DNA from: a virus
Lineage: Duplodnaviria > Caudoviricetes
Reading direction: 5' to 3' (one strand)
Virus record (IMG/VR): IMGVR_UViG_3300045912_000939
Coordinates: 1 to 61,369 of that record
Length of the DNA stretch: 61,369 nucleotides
In this document: one piece after another, positions 38,713 through 46,851 of the stretch
How positions within the stretch are numbered: the stretch's first letter is position 1
Layout of the letters: the number at the start of each line of letters is the position of its first letter
The notes under the pieces: generated by a model
What the model was told of the DNA's origin: nothing
Databases searched by the model: none
The model's input: the letters and a program-made list of their open reading frames with translations, nothing else
Program-made: the position numbers and the translations under genes

Positions 38713-39339
38713 ATGCCGCGCTACGCCGTCTATGAAGTCAAGCAGTTCGACGACATCCGCCGCCTGGCTCAGCACCTACTCGGTGACTTGCATCGCTGGC
38801 GCGAGCTTGTCACTCTGAACCGGCTCGAGTATCCGTACATCGTCAGCGACCCGGCGCAGCACCTCGGCAAGCGGGTGCTGCGCCCTGGCGACCGCATGCT
38901 CTACCCGGGCCGGCCGGTTCGGCAGCTCACGCCCGCTTCGGCGCAGAACGCCGAGGCCGATGCGTACGGGCGCGACTTGCGCTTGACTCGCGACGGCCAC
39001 CTGGTGCCCATCGGCGGCAGCCTAGCGCTCGTCACCGGCCTCGAGAACCTCGAGCATGCCCTCCATCGCCGCATCAACACGCACCTGGGCGGCTTGCCGG
39101 CGCACCCGCGCACCTACGGGCACCTCGCCAAACAGTACGTGGGCAGCGTCGGCGAGCCCGAGTCGCTCGCGCTGATCGCGCTCGAGTTCGAGCGTTGCCT
39201 CCGCCGCGACTCGCGCGTGGCCAGCGTCGAAGTGTCAGGCGAACACGACGGCGCCAAGATCGCCACCACCCGCAGCCGCGTGACGCCGCACCCGCCGGGT
39301 CAAGAGCTCGTGCTTGAGGAGAGCCTGGTCGTTAACTGA
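38713..39339 (+). CDS. LysM-like + gp25/gpW baseplate wedge protein
   Basis: DDIRRLAQHLLGD..WRELVTLNRL; GLENLEHAL..HPRTYG..DSRVASV. Confidence 0.8.
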   Translation: MPRYAVYEVKQFDDIRRLAQHLLGDLHRWRELVTLNRLEYPYIVSDPAQHLGKRVLRPGDRMLYPGRPVRQLTPASAQNAEADAYGRDLRLTRDGHLVPIGGSLALVTGLENLEHALHRRINTHLGGLPAHPRTYGHLAKQYVGSVGEPESLALIALEFERCLRRDSRVASVEVSGEHDGAKIATTRSRVTPHPPGQELVLEESLVVN

Positions 39340-39359
39340 CCCTGCCGGCGCGTCACGCT
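39337..39359 (+). promoter_or_regulatory. Late-promoter motif
   Basis: TGACCC-N11-CACGCT-N6-ATG. Confidence 0.8.
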
Positions 39360-39365
39360 CCAACT

Positions 39366-40439
39366 ATGATCCAGCGCCCCTACACCTACAAACCGCTCGA
39401 GGAGACCGTCTGGGAGATGCTGGCTTTGTGGTGGTCGCGGACGGGCATCAAGCCCGACGCCGAGCCCGGCAGCGTGCTGCGGACGCTCTGCGAGGCGGTC
39501 GGCTTCGAGGTCGAGGATCTGACCTTCCGTTTCGACAGTGGCCTGGAGACCGCCATCCCACTCGCGATCTTCGAGGCGTTCGGCTTCGAGCCGCTCGAAG
39601 CCACCAAAGCGACCGTCCCCGTGACCTTTACCCGTTCGGCAGCCTTTTCGAGCCCGCTCGAGATTCCTGCCGGCTTCAAGGTAGGGCGGGCCGACGGGGT
39701 GGATTACGAGGTGGTGCTCGGGGGCGAGATCCCCGCCGGCGAGAGCAGCGTGACCCTCGCGGCCTTGTGCACGGTGCCGGGCGCGATAGGCAACGCGCCG
39801 GCCAACACCGTGATCTTCCCTCGCGCGTCGCTACCGACGCTGGTCAGCGTCGCCAATCCGCAGCCTGCCGAGGGCGGCCAGGACGAAGAACCGCTGGACG
39901 ATCAGAAGGCCCGCTTCGCACGTTACATCGCCAGCGTGCACCGGGCGACCCGCGCGGCGCTCGAGGCAGCCGCGCTGGCAGTAACGACCGACGCCGGCGA
40001 GCGCGCGACCGAGGTGCTGGTCTTGGACGCGGTCTATAAGACGGGCCTTTCGCCGGGCTACGTCGAAGTGTGGGTGGACGACGGCTTCGCCACCGCCTCG
40101 CTGGCGCTGGTAGACGCCATCCAACAGGAGCTCGAGCGCTACCGGGCGGCAGGCGCGGTGCATGCCACCTACCCCGTCGAGCCCGTGCCGGTGGATGTCA
40201 GCTACCAGCTCGACGGCGACCCCGACGACCTCGACGCCTGCGACCAGGCGGCCAGGGATTACGTGCGCTCGCTGAGGATCGGACAGAAGGTCTCGCGCGA
40301 GAGCCTGATCACGGCGCTGACGAACGCCGCCGTCAACAGCTTTGAAGTGACGCTGCTCGAGCCCGCCGCCGACGTGATGGTCGGCCAGACGGAGCGCGCG
40401 GTGCTCGGAGCGCTCGGCGGGAGCATGATCGATGAGTGA
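39366..40439 (+). CDS. Baseplate J-like protein
   Basis: GSVLRTLCEA, PGAIGNAPAN, GGQDEE, YRAAG. Confidence 0.9.
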   Translation: MIQRPYTYKPLEETVWEMLALWWSRTGIKPDAEPGSVLRTLCEAVGFEVEDLTFRFDSGLETAIPLAIFEAFGFEPLEATKATVPVTFTRSAAFSSPLEIPAGFKVGRADGVDYEVVLGGEIPAGESSVTLAALCTVPGAIGNAPANTVIFPRASLPTLVSVANPQPAEGGQDEEPLDDQKARFARYIASVHRATRAALEAAALAVTTDAGERATEVLVLDAVYKTGLSPGYVEVWVDDGFATASLALVDAIQQELERYRAAGAVHATYPVEPVPVDVSYQLDGDPDDLDACDQAARDYVRSLRIGQKVSRESLITALTNAAVNSFEVTLLEPAADVMVGQTERAVLGALGGSMIDE

Positions 40440-41109
40440 GGAGCGCTTCCGGCTTCCCAAGTGGCTGAGGCGCGACGGCGTCAACGCGCCGTTTCTGGAG
40501 ATGCTTTGGCGCGCGCTCGCCTCGAGCGATCCCGACCTGGCGCTCGCCATGCTCTACCTCGCGAAAGCCGCCGGCAAGCACCTCGACGCGCACGGGCGAC
40601 TCTACGGGCTGCCGCGCCTGCTGGGGGAGAGCGACGACCTGTACCGGCAGCGGATCGTCGCGGAGCTGCTCAACCCCCGCTCGAAGGCCGAGGCTATCGT
40701 CGGCGCCATCGAAACCGCGCTGCCGGGCGTCACTGCCAGTGTCACCACGCCCTACGAGGAAGCGCTGGCCGAGGGCGCGCACTTCTTCGACGGCACCTGG
40801 CGCTTCGACGGCGGCGTCTTCTTCAAGGAGCCCTCGAACCCGGATGCGACGGCTCGAGCCGTCTTTTACGTGGACGTCTTCGGCCCGGACCCCGATCTCA
40901 CGCGAGCCAGGGCCGTCATCGAGCGGCTGCGCGCCGCCGGCTACATCCCGACCATCCGCTTCTCGTTCCAGTTCGACACGCTGCTCGAGCTTCCCCTCGA
41001 GGCGAGCGTGCAGCGGCGCGAGGTGTTCTATTTCGATGGGACGCGCACCTTCGACGGCAGCTGGTTCTTCGGGTTGAACGACGTCGGCCCGGAGGAAGCG
41101 CTCGACTGA
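40432..41109 (+). CDS. Baseplate I-like tail protein
   Basis: AAGKHLDAHGRLYGLPRLLGESDDLYRQRI; FDGTW repeats. Confidence 0.75.
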   Translation: MSEERFRLPKWLRRDGVNAPFLEMLWRALASSDPDLALAMLYLAKAAGKHLDAHGRLYGLPRLLGESDDLYRQRIVAELLNPRSKAEAIVGAIETALPGVTASVTTPYEEALAEGAHFFDGTWRFDGGVFFKEPSNPDATARAVFYVDVFGPDPDLTRARAVIERLRAAGYIPTIRFSFQFDTLLELPLEASVQRREVFYFDGTRTFDGSWFFGLNDVGPEEALD

Positions 41110-41129
41110 CCCCAGGCCGGGGGCAGCGT
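41107..41129 (+). promoter_or_regulatory. Late-promoter motif
   Basis: TGACCC-N11-CAGCGT-N5-ATG. Confidence 0.75.
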
Positions 41130-41134
41130 GAGGC

Positions 41135-41506
41135 ATGCCGCGCACCACCACCGACACCTTGAAGGCAGCGCTCGCGCAGCACCTGGCGGGGGAGAGCACC
41201 CCGGCGCTGGAAGTGGTCGAGGCGGCGTTCGGGACGGGCGGCGTGGACGCCTTCGGTAACTTGCGCAGTGCCGAGCCCACCCGCACCGCCCTGCGGAGCG
41301 AGGTGCACCGCAACGACAACGTGACCGTCACGCGCGACGGCACCATCGCGACGGCGCTGGTACGGATTAATGGCGACGAGGCTGGAACGGTGACAATCTC
41401 CGAGGCGGGAATCTTCGCGGCCGGAAACAAGCTGCTGGCGTATGCCACCTTCCCGCCGCGCGAGATCGGGCCGGGCACCCAGCTCGACTTCCGCTTCAGG
41501 ATATAG
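41135..41506 (+). CDS. Tail-collar/fibre attachment protein (DUF3751-like)
   Basis: AFGTGG, TALRSEV, ISEAGIF..LLAYATFP. Confidence 0.75.
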   Translation: MPRTTTDTLKAALAQHLAGESTPALEVVEAAFGTGGVDAFGNLRSAEPTRTALRSEVHRNDNVTVTRDGTIATALVRINGDEAGTVTISEAGIFAAGNKLLAYATFPPREIGPGTQLDFRFRI

Positions 41507-41515
41507 GAGACGGTT

Positions 41516-42088
41516 ATGGCGAACCTCGTAGGCAATCCGAGCGCAAGCTTTTTGGCGGAGCTTGCCGAGATCAACCCCGACGGCACCACCCCAGCCAGCC
41601 CTGCACAGATGAATAGCCGCCTGCAGCGGCTGTTGGACAACGACGCGCGCGTGAATTCGCGTTTCGAAGCAGGTGATTGGTTACCAGAGTTGTGGACGTA
41701 TAGCGGTGGCATTTCGAGCGACCCTGGGCAAGCCTACGTATTGCCGTCGCACACAGAACTCAAGTATGCCCGCGCTGGCCACCTTGTCACCGTTTCGGGA
41801 CAACTTGCCATTAGTGATGGCAATACTGGTAGCGGCTTGTTTGCATTCACATTGCCGTACCCTACTCTACAGAGGTATGCGATGGGTGTTGCTTTTAAGC
41901 ACGGGGGTTCTGCATCGCAGATCGTGGTCGCTATTGAGCTTGGGCTAGGCTTTGTTGGTTATCCAAATCATGTCGCTGCCTTGCGTCGGGAGGTCGAGAA
42001 TAGTTTCCATCTCAACTATGAACACTTCGGTGGTAGTCTAAGTATCTTCCGTATTGGCCTGACGTATCCCGCTAACGTCAACCTGTGA
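41516..42088 (+). CDS. Short tail fibre / receptor-binding protein
   Basis: NSRLQRLLDND then low-GC domain KYARAGHLVTVSG..FTLPY. Confidence 0.65.
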   Translation: MANLVGNPSASFLAELAEINPDGTTPASPAQMNSRLQRLLDNDARVNSRFEAGDWLPELWTYSGGISSDPGQAYVLPSHTELKYARAGHLVTVSGQLAISDGNTGSGLFAFTLPYPTLQRYAMGVAFKHGGSASQIVVAIELGLGFVGYPNHVAALRREVENSFHLNYEHFGGSLSIFRIGLTYPANVNL

Positions 42089-42100
42089 CGGGATAGCCCC

Positions 42101-42526
42101 ATGATTGCGGCTACCTTAATCCTGTTCGGGCTGGCGGCCTTGCTCGAGCGCCTCACGGGATCGCCGTTCGTCGCTAGCTTCGTCGGGCGCCTTCTCGCGC
42201 GCGCTTATCAAGGCAGGCTTGTGCCGTCGCTGATCGGCGGCCACTACGCGGTCTACGAAGTGCGCGCCGTGCCGAGCCTCGTTCCCGGCATGGCCGCGCA
42301 GACCTGGGGTGAGGTCGTCCTGGTCAGGCGGGGCGAGCACACCCTCCGCCTCGAAGCGCACGAGCGCGAGCACGTGCTGCAGTACCGGCGGTGGACAAGC
42401 TTGCTGTTTTGGTTGGCATACGTCGCGTGCTGGCTCTGGGGTCTCGTTCGCTACCGCGACGCGACGCGGGCGTACTGGCAGATCCCGTTCGAGGTGGCCG
42501 CGCGCCGCGCCGAAAAGCTCGCCTGA
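42101..42526 (+). CDS. Membrane HExxH protein, DUF4157-like metallopeptidase
   Basis: AQTWGEVVL..AHEREHVLQY..PFEVAAR. Confidence 0.7.
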   Translation: MIAATLILFGLAALLERLTGSPFVASFVGRLLARAYQGRLVPSLIGGHYAVYEVRAVPSLVPGMAAQTWGEVVLVRRGEHTLRLEAHEREHVLQYRRWTSLLFWLAYVACWLWGLVRYRDATRAYWQIPFEVAARRAEKLA

Positions 42527-42546
42527 CCCCCGCCAGGCTCGAGCGT
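42524..42546 (+). promoter_or_regulatory. Late-promoter motif (near copy of TMP promoter)
   Basis: TGACCCCCGCCAGGCTCGAGCGT-N5-ATG. Confidence 0.8.
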
Positions 42547-42551
42547 AGGGC

Positions 42552-43994
42552 ATGCCCGATAACGACGTCCGCATCAACGTCACGAGCACCTTCTCGAGCG
42601 AAGGCTCGGACAAGGTTCAGTCGGACGCGCTCGAGCTGCGCGCCAGCTACGGTTCCATCTGGGAGTTCTTTCAGCGCGCTACGCCCGAAGAGATACAGCG
42701 CATGTCGCATACGGCGCTGCGCGATGTCACGCCGGCGGGCGTGACGGGCGACCTCGCCACGGCGGGCTACCGGCAACAGTTGGAAGCGGAAGAGCTCGAG
42801 CGCATCAGGAGCCTCAACGCATCTTTCCAGGAACTCGATGTATCGGCGCAACAGTTCCGAAAGACGCTTCACAGCTTCGTCACCGATTGGCTATGGGAGC
42901 GCCGTTTCCGGGACGATCCTTATTGGGGGCCACGATTTCGGGAATGGCAAGAGGAGCAAGAACGGCAGGAGCAAGAGACGCTGCGAGATCGCCACTCGCA
43001 ACGGGAGCTTACGGCATCTGCAGCCGAGCTTGCGCGTTCCCCCGACGATGACGTTGCTCTCGTCCTACATGCAGCCAATGTCTTGAAGGCAAGGGAGTCG
43101 CGCGGGAACTACGCTGCCATCAACGAAGATGCTTATGGCCCAGACAATCCGGCGCTGGGCGCCTATCAGATTCTGGCATCGAATCTAGGAGGGCCTAGAG
43201 GTTGGGATACGAAGCATCTCGGGCATGAAATTACCCGAGAAGAGTTCTTGGCGAATCCGATGTTGCAGGATCAGATCGCTCGTGGCCAGCTCATGGAGTA
43301 CCTCGGAAGGATGCCGGAAGGGTTGAGCCTCGAAGAACGCGCACGTCGTCTCGCCGTGGCCTGGTATGCAGGACCGGGCAGGGGAGACGCAAACCTGTTG
43401 CGCGACACCAGTCAACTTAGCGATCGACCAGTCGTCTACACGTACGAAGATGGGACGTGGCACATCGAGGCTCAGGGGAGGCGCTACGATCCCAGCGAGC
43501 GGGAAATCGAACGCCTAGCGCGATACTTTGCCGCACTTGGAGTGGACGAGTCTCTTGCCTATGGTATGGCCCAAAATCGCCTCATCGACGGTGGCCCAGC
43601 GGTGTTGGACGAGTTGCCGACGGGCTACCGAAGCGGCGGCTTCACCGGCGACGGTGCGGAGGACGACGTCGCCGGCATCGTGCACCGCGGCGAGTTCGTG
43701 GTGCGCGCCGACGAGACCCGGCGGCACCGGGAGCTGCTCGAGCGCCTCAACGCCGGCGCGGATGAAGCAGCGCTATTGGCGGCGCTGGCCGCGTCTTCGC
43801 CAGCGCCAGCCGACAGCCCGCAGGCATCCGGCGCCACGAGCGTCGTGCGCTTCGAGGGCGAAGGCCTGCTGCGCATCGAGGTCGACGAGCGCGTGCCGGA
43901 AGGCGCGCGGCTCGAGCGCTACCTCGCCGAGGGCCTGCAGCGCTGGCAGGGTGAAGTCCGCTCGCGCTTCAACCAGGGCGCGCGCCGCGGCTGA
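42552..43994 (+). CDS. Short tape-measure paralogue with lysozyme/transglycosylase-like domain
   Basis: N- and C-termini align with 29424..33017; ARESRGNY, ALGAYQIL, FLANPMLQD, AWYAGPG. Confidence 0.8.
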   Translation: MPDNDVRINVTSTFSSEGSDKVQSDALELRASYGSIWEFFQRATPEEIQRMSHTALRDVTPAGVTGDLATAGYRQQLEAEELERIRSLNASFQELDVSAQQFRKTLHSFVTDWLWERRFRDDPYWGPRFREWQEEQERQEQETLRDRHSQRELTASAAELARSPDDDVALVLHAANVLKARESRGNYAAINEDAYGPDNPALGAYQILASNLGGPRGWDTKHLGHEITREEFLANPMLQDQIARGQLMEYLGRMPEGLSLEERARRLAVAWYAGPGRGDANLLRDTSQLSDRPVVYTYEDGTWHIEAQGRRYDPSEREIERLARYFAALGVDESLAYGMAQNRLIDGGPAVLDELPTGYRSGGFTGDGAEDDVAGIVHRGEFVVRADETRRHRELLERLNAGADEAALLAALAASSPAPADSPQASGATSVVRFEGEGLLRIEVDERVPEGARLERYLAEGLQRWQGEVRSRFNQGARRG

Positions 43995-44021
43995 CTGAAG
44001 ATGGGCCCGCCCTCGAGGGTC

Positions 44022-44044
44022 TGACCCTATCGGGTGGCCAGGAT
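44022..44044 (+). promoter_or_regulatory. Late-promoter motif
   Basis: TGACCC-N11-CAGGAT-N6-ATG. Confidence 0.75.
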
Positions 44045-44050
44045 GGCCGC

Positions 44051-44734
44051 ATGGACATCGTCTTCGTCCCGGCGCACCCCAACAACTACAGCCTGCAGCG
44101 CGTAACCCCGACGTTTCTCGTGTTGCACGGCACCGGCGGGACGTTCCGGGGCGATCAGACGTGGGCGCAGAACCCGCACGCCAGGGCCAGCTATCACTAC
44201 CTCGTCAGCAAGGGCGGCGAGGTCGTGCAGATGGTCGAGGACCGCTACATCGCCTTCCACGCGGGGGCGTCCGAGTGGTCGAAGGAAGCGGCGGAGCGGC
44301 GGGGCTTTCCGTTCAGCGAGCACTCGAGCTGGACTGACCTTAACCGGCACTCGATAGGGGTTGGCCTCGAGTCGCTCAACCGCCGGGACGAAGTGTATCC
44401 GGAAGCGCAACTCCAGGCGCTCGCCGAGCTGGTTCGCTCGCGCTACGGCCGCATCCCGCCTCACCGGATCTTGACACACGAGATGATCAGCGCGCCGCGC
44501 AAAGTCGATCCGGTCAATTTCCCGCTCGAGCAGTGGCTGCAGCTGTTGGCAGGCGAGCAGCTCGAGCCTGCCCCCGCTCCGTTCGCAGGGACAGGGGAGC
44601 CGCGCCGCTTGGGCCGGTACCGGACGCTGGTCGTTCACGGGCTGGCCGAGGGGCCGATTGTTGTCAGGCGGCCGTTTCTAGCCAGTGAGACGGGCGACAA
44701 GATCGACGTCGACTTTCGTGTGGAGGGCACGTAA
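44051..44734 (+). CDS. Endolysin, N-acetylmuramoyl-L-alanine amidase (Amidase_2)
   Basis: LVLHGT, ASYHYLV, AFHAG, HEMISAPRKVDP. Confidence 0.9.
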   Translation: MDIVFVPAHPNNYSLQRVTPTFLVLHGTGGTFRGDQTWAQNPHARASYHYLVSKGGEVVQMVEDRYIAFHAGASEWSKEAAERRGFPFSEHSSWTDLNRHSIGVGLESLNRRDEVYPEAQLQALAELVRSRYGRIPPHRILTHEMISAPRKVDPVNFPLEQWLQLLAGEQLEPAPAPFAGTGEPRRLGRYRTLVVHGLAEGPIVVRRPFLASETGDKIDVDFRVEGT

Positions 44735-44791
44735 CGGAGGTGATCCAGTCGAGTATCTAGGCCAACGCTTGCCCAGATGAAAGGGGTTGCC

Positions 44792-45217
44792 ATGAATAAA
44801 GTTGTCAAGTTCACTACCATGTTGGTGCTGGTCTTCTCGCTCGCGAGCCTCGCATTCGCCGAGACGGGCGATCTTGCCTTGCCCGCCTTCGATCTGGCCG
44901 CGTGGGGCGCGTCGGTGCTGATCTTCGGCAAGGGGCTGCAGCTGCTTACCGAGTTCATCAAGGTGCGTATCAAGAAGCGCTTCAACCTGCCCAACGTGGC
45001 GATTCATCTACTCAACTTCGGCTTGGGCATTGCGGTAGCGCTCTACCTTGCCTCTGTCGGCATGCTGACCGATCCCACCTTCGGCGCGCTGCCGTACCCG
45101 TTCGGCGGCATTGCCTTCGGCGTCGTGGCCGCCATTATTGCTGCAGGCTGGTACGATACCGAGACCAAACCCGACAAGCGGCCACCCGACCCGCGCGTGC
45201 GGAACGGGCAATTATGA
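44792..45217 (+). CDS. Holin-like membrane protein
   Basis: Several hydrophobic segments, after endolysin. Confidence 0.7.
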   Translation: MNKVVKFTTMLVLVFSLASLAFAETGDLALPAFDLAAWGASVLIFGKGLQLLTEFIKVRIKKRFNLPNVAIHLLNFGLGIAVALYLASVGMLTDPTFGALPYPFGGIAFGVVAAIIAAGWYDTETKPDKRPPDPRVRNGQL

Positions 45218-45327
45218 GCTTCCTGCTGGGCTTGGTTGTCGGTGCGCTCGTCGGCTTCTTCGTGGCCGCCTTGTGCGTGGCGGCGCGCCGCGGCGACGAG
45301 CTGATGGGGGTTGACCATGAGCATTGA
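45214..45327 (+). CDS. Small membrane peptide
   Basis: MSFLLGLVVGALVGFFVAALCVAARRGD; ATGA overlap. Confidence 0.5.
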   Translation: MSFLLGLVVGALVGFFVAALCVAARRGDELMGVDHEH

Positions 45328-45484
45328 CCTAGTCGTCAAGATGCTGCAGGCGCTCTTGCCCGATTACAGCCTGTCGCAGCTCGTGGCCATGGCCGAGCAG
45401 CGTTTGCGGGGCAAGCTCACGCAGCAGGAGCTGAGCGAGTTTTTAGCGCTCAAGGCGGAAGCGAAACGGCGGTCGCAGTCATGA
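45317..45484 (+). CDS. Small hypothetical protein (below ORF-track cutoff)
   Basis: MSIDLVVKMLQALLPDYSLSQ..., fills gap with overlaps. Confidence 0.45.
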   Translation: MSIDLVVKMLQALLPDYSLSQLVAMAEQRLRGKLTQQELSEFLALKAEAKRRSQS

Positions 45485-45906
45485 AGAGTCCGACGAACGT
45501 CCGAAACGGCTGGTTGCTCGCCGCACTCATGCTCGCGCTGCTAGCGGGCTGCCTGCCCGCGCTGGCGCCACGCCAGGCCAGCCCGGCCGAGGCGTCCTTG
45601 CTGCTGGAAATGCTCGAGCCCAACCTCTACCAAACGACCTTCCTGCCTGCGAGCCCGGCCGTATGCATCACCGGCCAGGACGGCGCGCCGGTTTGCACCA
45701 CCTTCGTCATCACCGGGAGCGAACTGGCGACCAACGAGACATGTCGGCCTCACCCGAGCCTGGAGGACGCGCTCGAGTGCATCGTCCCAGAGGAGATCCC
45801 CCGCGGTTACCGCATCACCTTCGCCTCGTCGTCCCCGCCTTACGTCGTCGTGGGCTTCTTTTTAAGAGCCAACCTTGCCCAACCCCTCTACCTGGAAGCG
45901 CCGTAA
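45481..45906 (+). CDS. Lipoprotein in lysis cassette (possible spanin)
   Basis: Lipobox LLAGC; Pro/Cys-rich. Confidence 0.6.
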   Translation: MKSPTNVRNGWLLAALMLALLAGCLPALAPRQASPAEASLLLEMLEPNLYQTTFLPASPAVCITGQDGAPVCTTFVITGSELATNETCRPHPSLEDALECIVPEEIPRGYRITFASSSPPYVVVGFFLRANLAQPLYLEAP

Positions 45907-45944
45907 CGGGGCGGGGCTAAATCGCTGCTGGGAGAAAGAGCACG

Positions 45945-46256
45945 GTGACCGACGACGAGCGCAACCGCCTCATCCAGATTCATAAAGCGCTCTACGGCAA
46001 TGGGCAACCAGGGCTGATCGTGACGGTGAGAGAAATGGAAGCGCACCTGTACGGGACTCGCGGCCGTTCGGGCCTGGTGGCGGAGCTGGCCGAAACGAAT
46101 AGGCGCCTCAAAGACCTCGAGGCTGCCGTGGCGGAGTTTTTGACGGTCATCAAGACCATTCGCGGCGTGCTGGCCTTCTTCGGCCTGACGACCCTCAGCG
46201 GCGTGGTTGCGCTGTTCTGGCTGATCAGCCGGGTAGCGGGCGGCAGTTCGCCATGA
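45945..46256 (+). CDS. Coiled-coil + C-terminal TM protein (holin-like)
   Basis: LYGNGQPGL, C-terminal hydrophobic segment. Confidence 0.6.
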   Translation: MTDDERNRLIQIHKALYGNGQPGLIVTVREMEAHLYGTRGRSGLVAELAETNRRLKDLEAAVAEFLTVIKTIRGVLAFFGLTTLSGVVALFWLISRVAGGSSP

Positions 46257-46693
46257 GCATGCGAGGCGAGCGCGTCTGGCAGTGGTTTTTCGTGCTGCTG
46301 ATCGTCGCCACCGGCGTAGCGGTGGTCGTCGGAACCGTCGTCCTCTACCGCATCCCGCCGCCGGTCTCCTACAACCTGACCCAATACCAACCGAAAGTAG
46401 CGGAGCTCTGCGCCGGCGACTGGCTCGAGTACGAGGTGGTACGCTCCGTCAACGCCGCGCCCGCGGTGGTGATGACGGTGACCAGCTGGTGGTCGCTCGA
46501 GCGGGAGGTCACGGCCGTCCCCACCCGCGTGCCGCTCTGGAGCGTCTATACCCAAACGGGGGAGGCCGCGCGGCCGGTGCGGGTGCTCGTCCCCGAGCTC
46601 GAGCCTGGCGCTTACGAGTACCGCGTCGCCAGCCAGGCGGTGGGGAGCGGGCTGAGCGTCTATGTCGTGAGAGTCACCGTTCTGCCTTGTTGA
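46253..46693 (+). CDS. Membrane-anchored lysis-cassette protein
   Basis: N-terminal TM, beta-sandwich-like remainder. Confidence 0.55.
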   Translation: MSMRGERVWQWFFVLLIVATGVAVVVGTVVLYRIPPPVSYNLTQYQPKVAELCAGDWLEYEVVRSVNAAPAVVMTVTSWWSLEREVTAVPTRVPLWSVYTQTGEAARPVRVLVPELEPGAYEYRVASQAVGSGLSVYVVRVTVLPC

Positions 46694-46851
46694 CGTCCAA
46701 CCGTTCCAGCTTCCGTGGCACGACGATGACATCGACGACGGTACCCGCGGCATCCGCAATCTCGATGGCTACCAGGCCGCCGCTGTTGGTCTGCTCCGGT
46801 TGACGGGTCCGTACTTTACACAGCCGGACCGGAACGCTCAGGAGCGGTTCG

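Noticed and set aside
44741-44763. TGATCC before the holin as a late promoter
   Set aside because: Mismatch in hexamer and no T23
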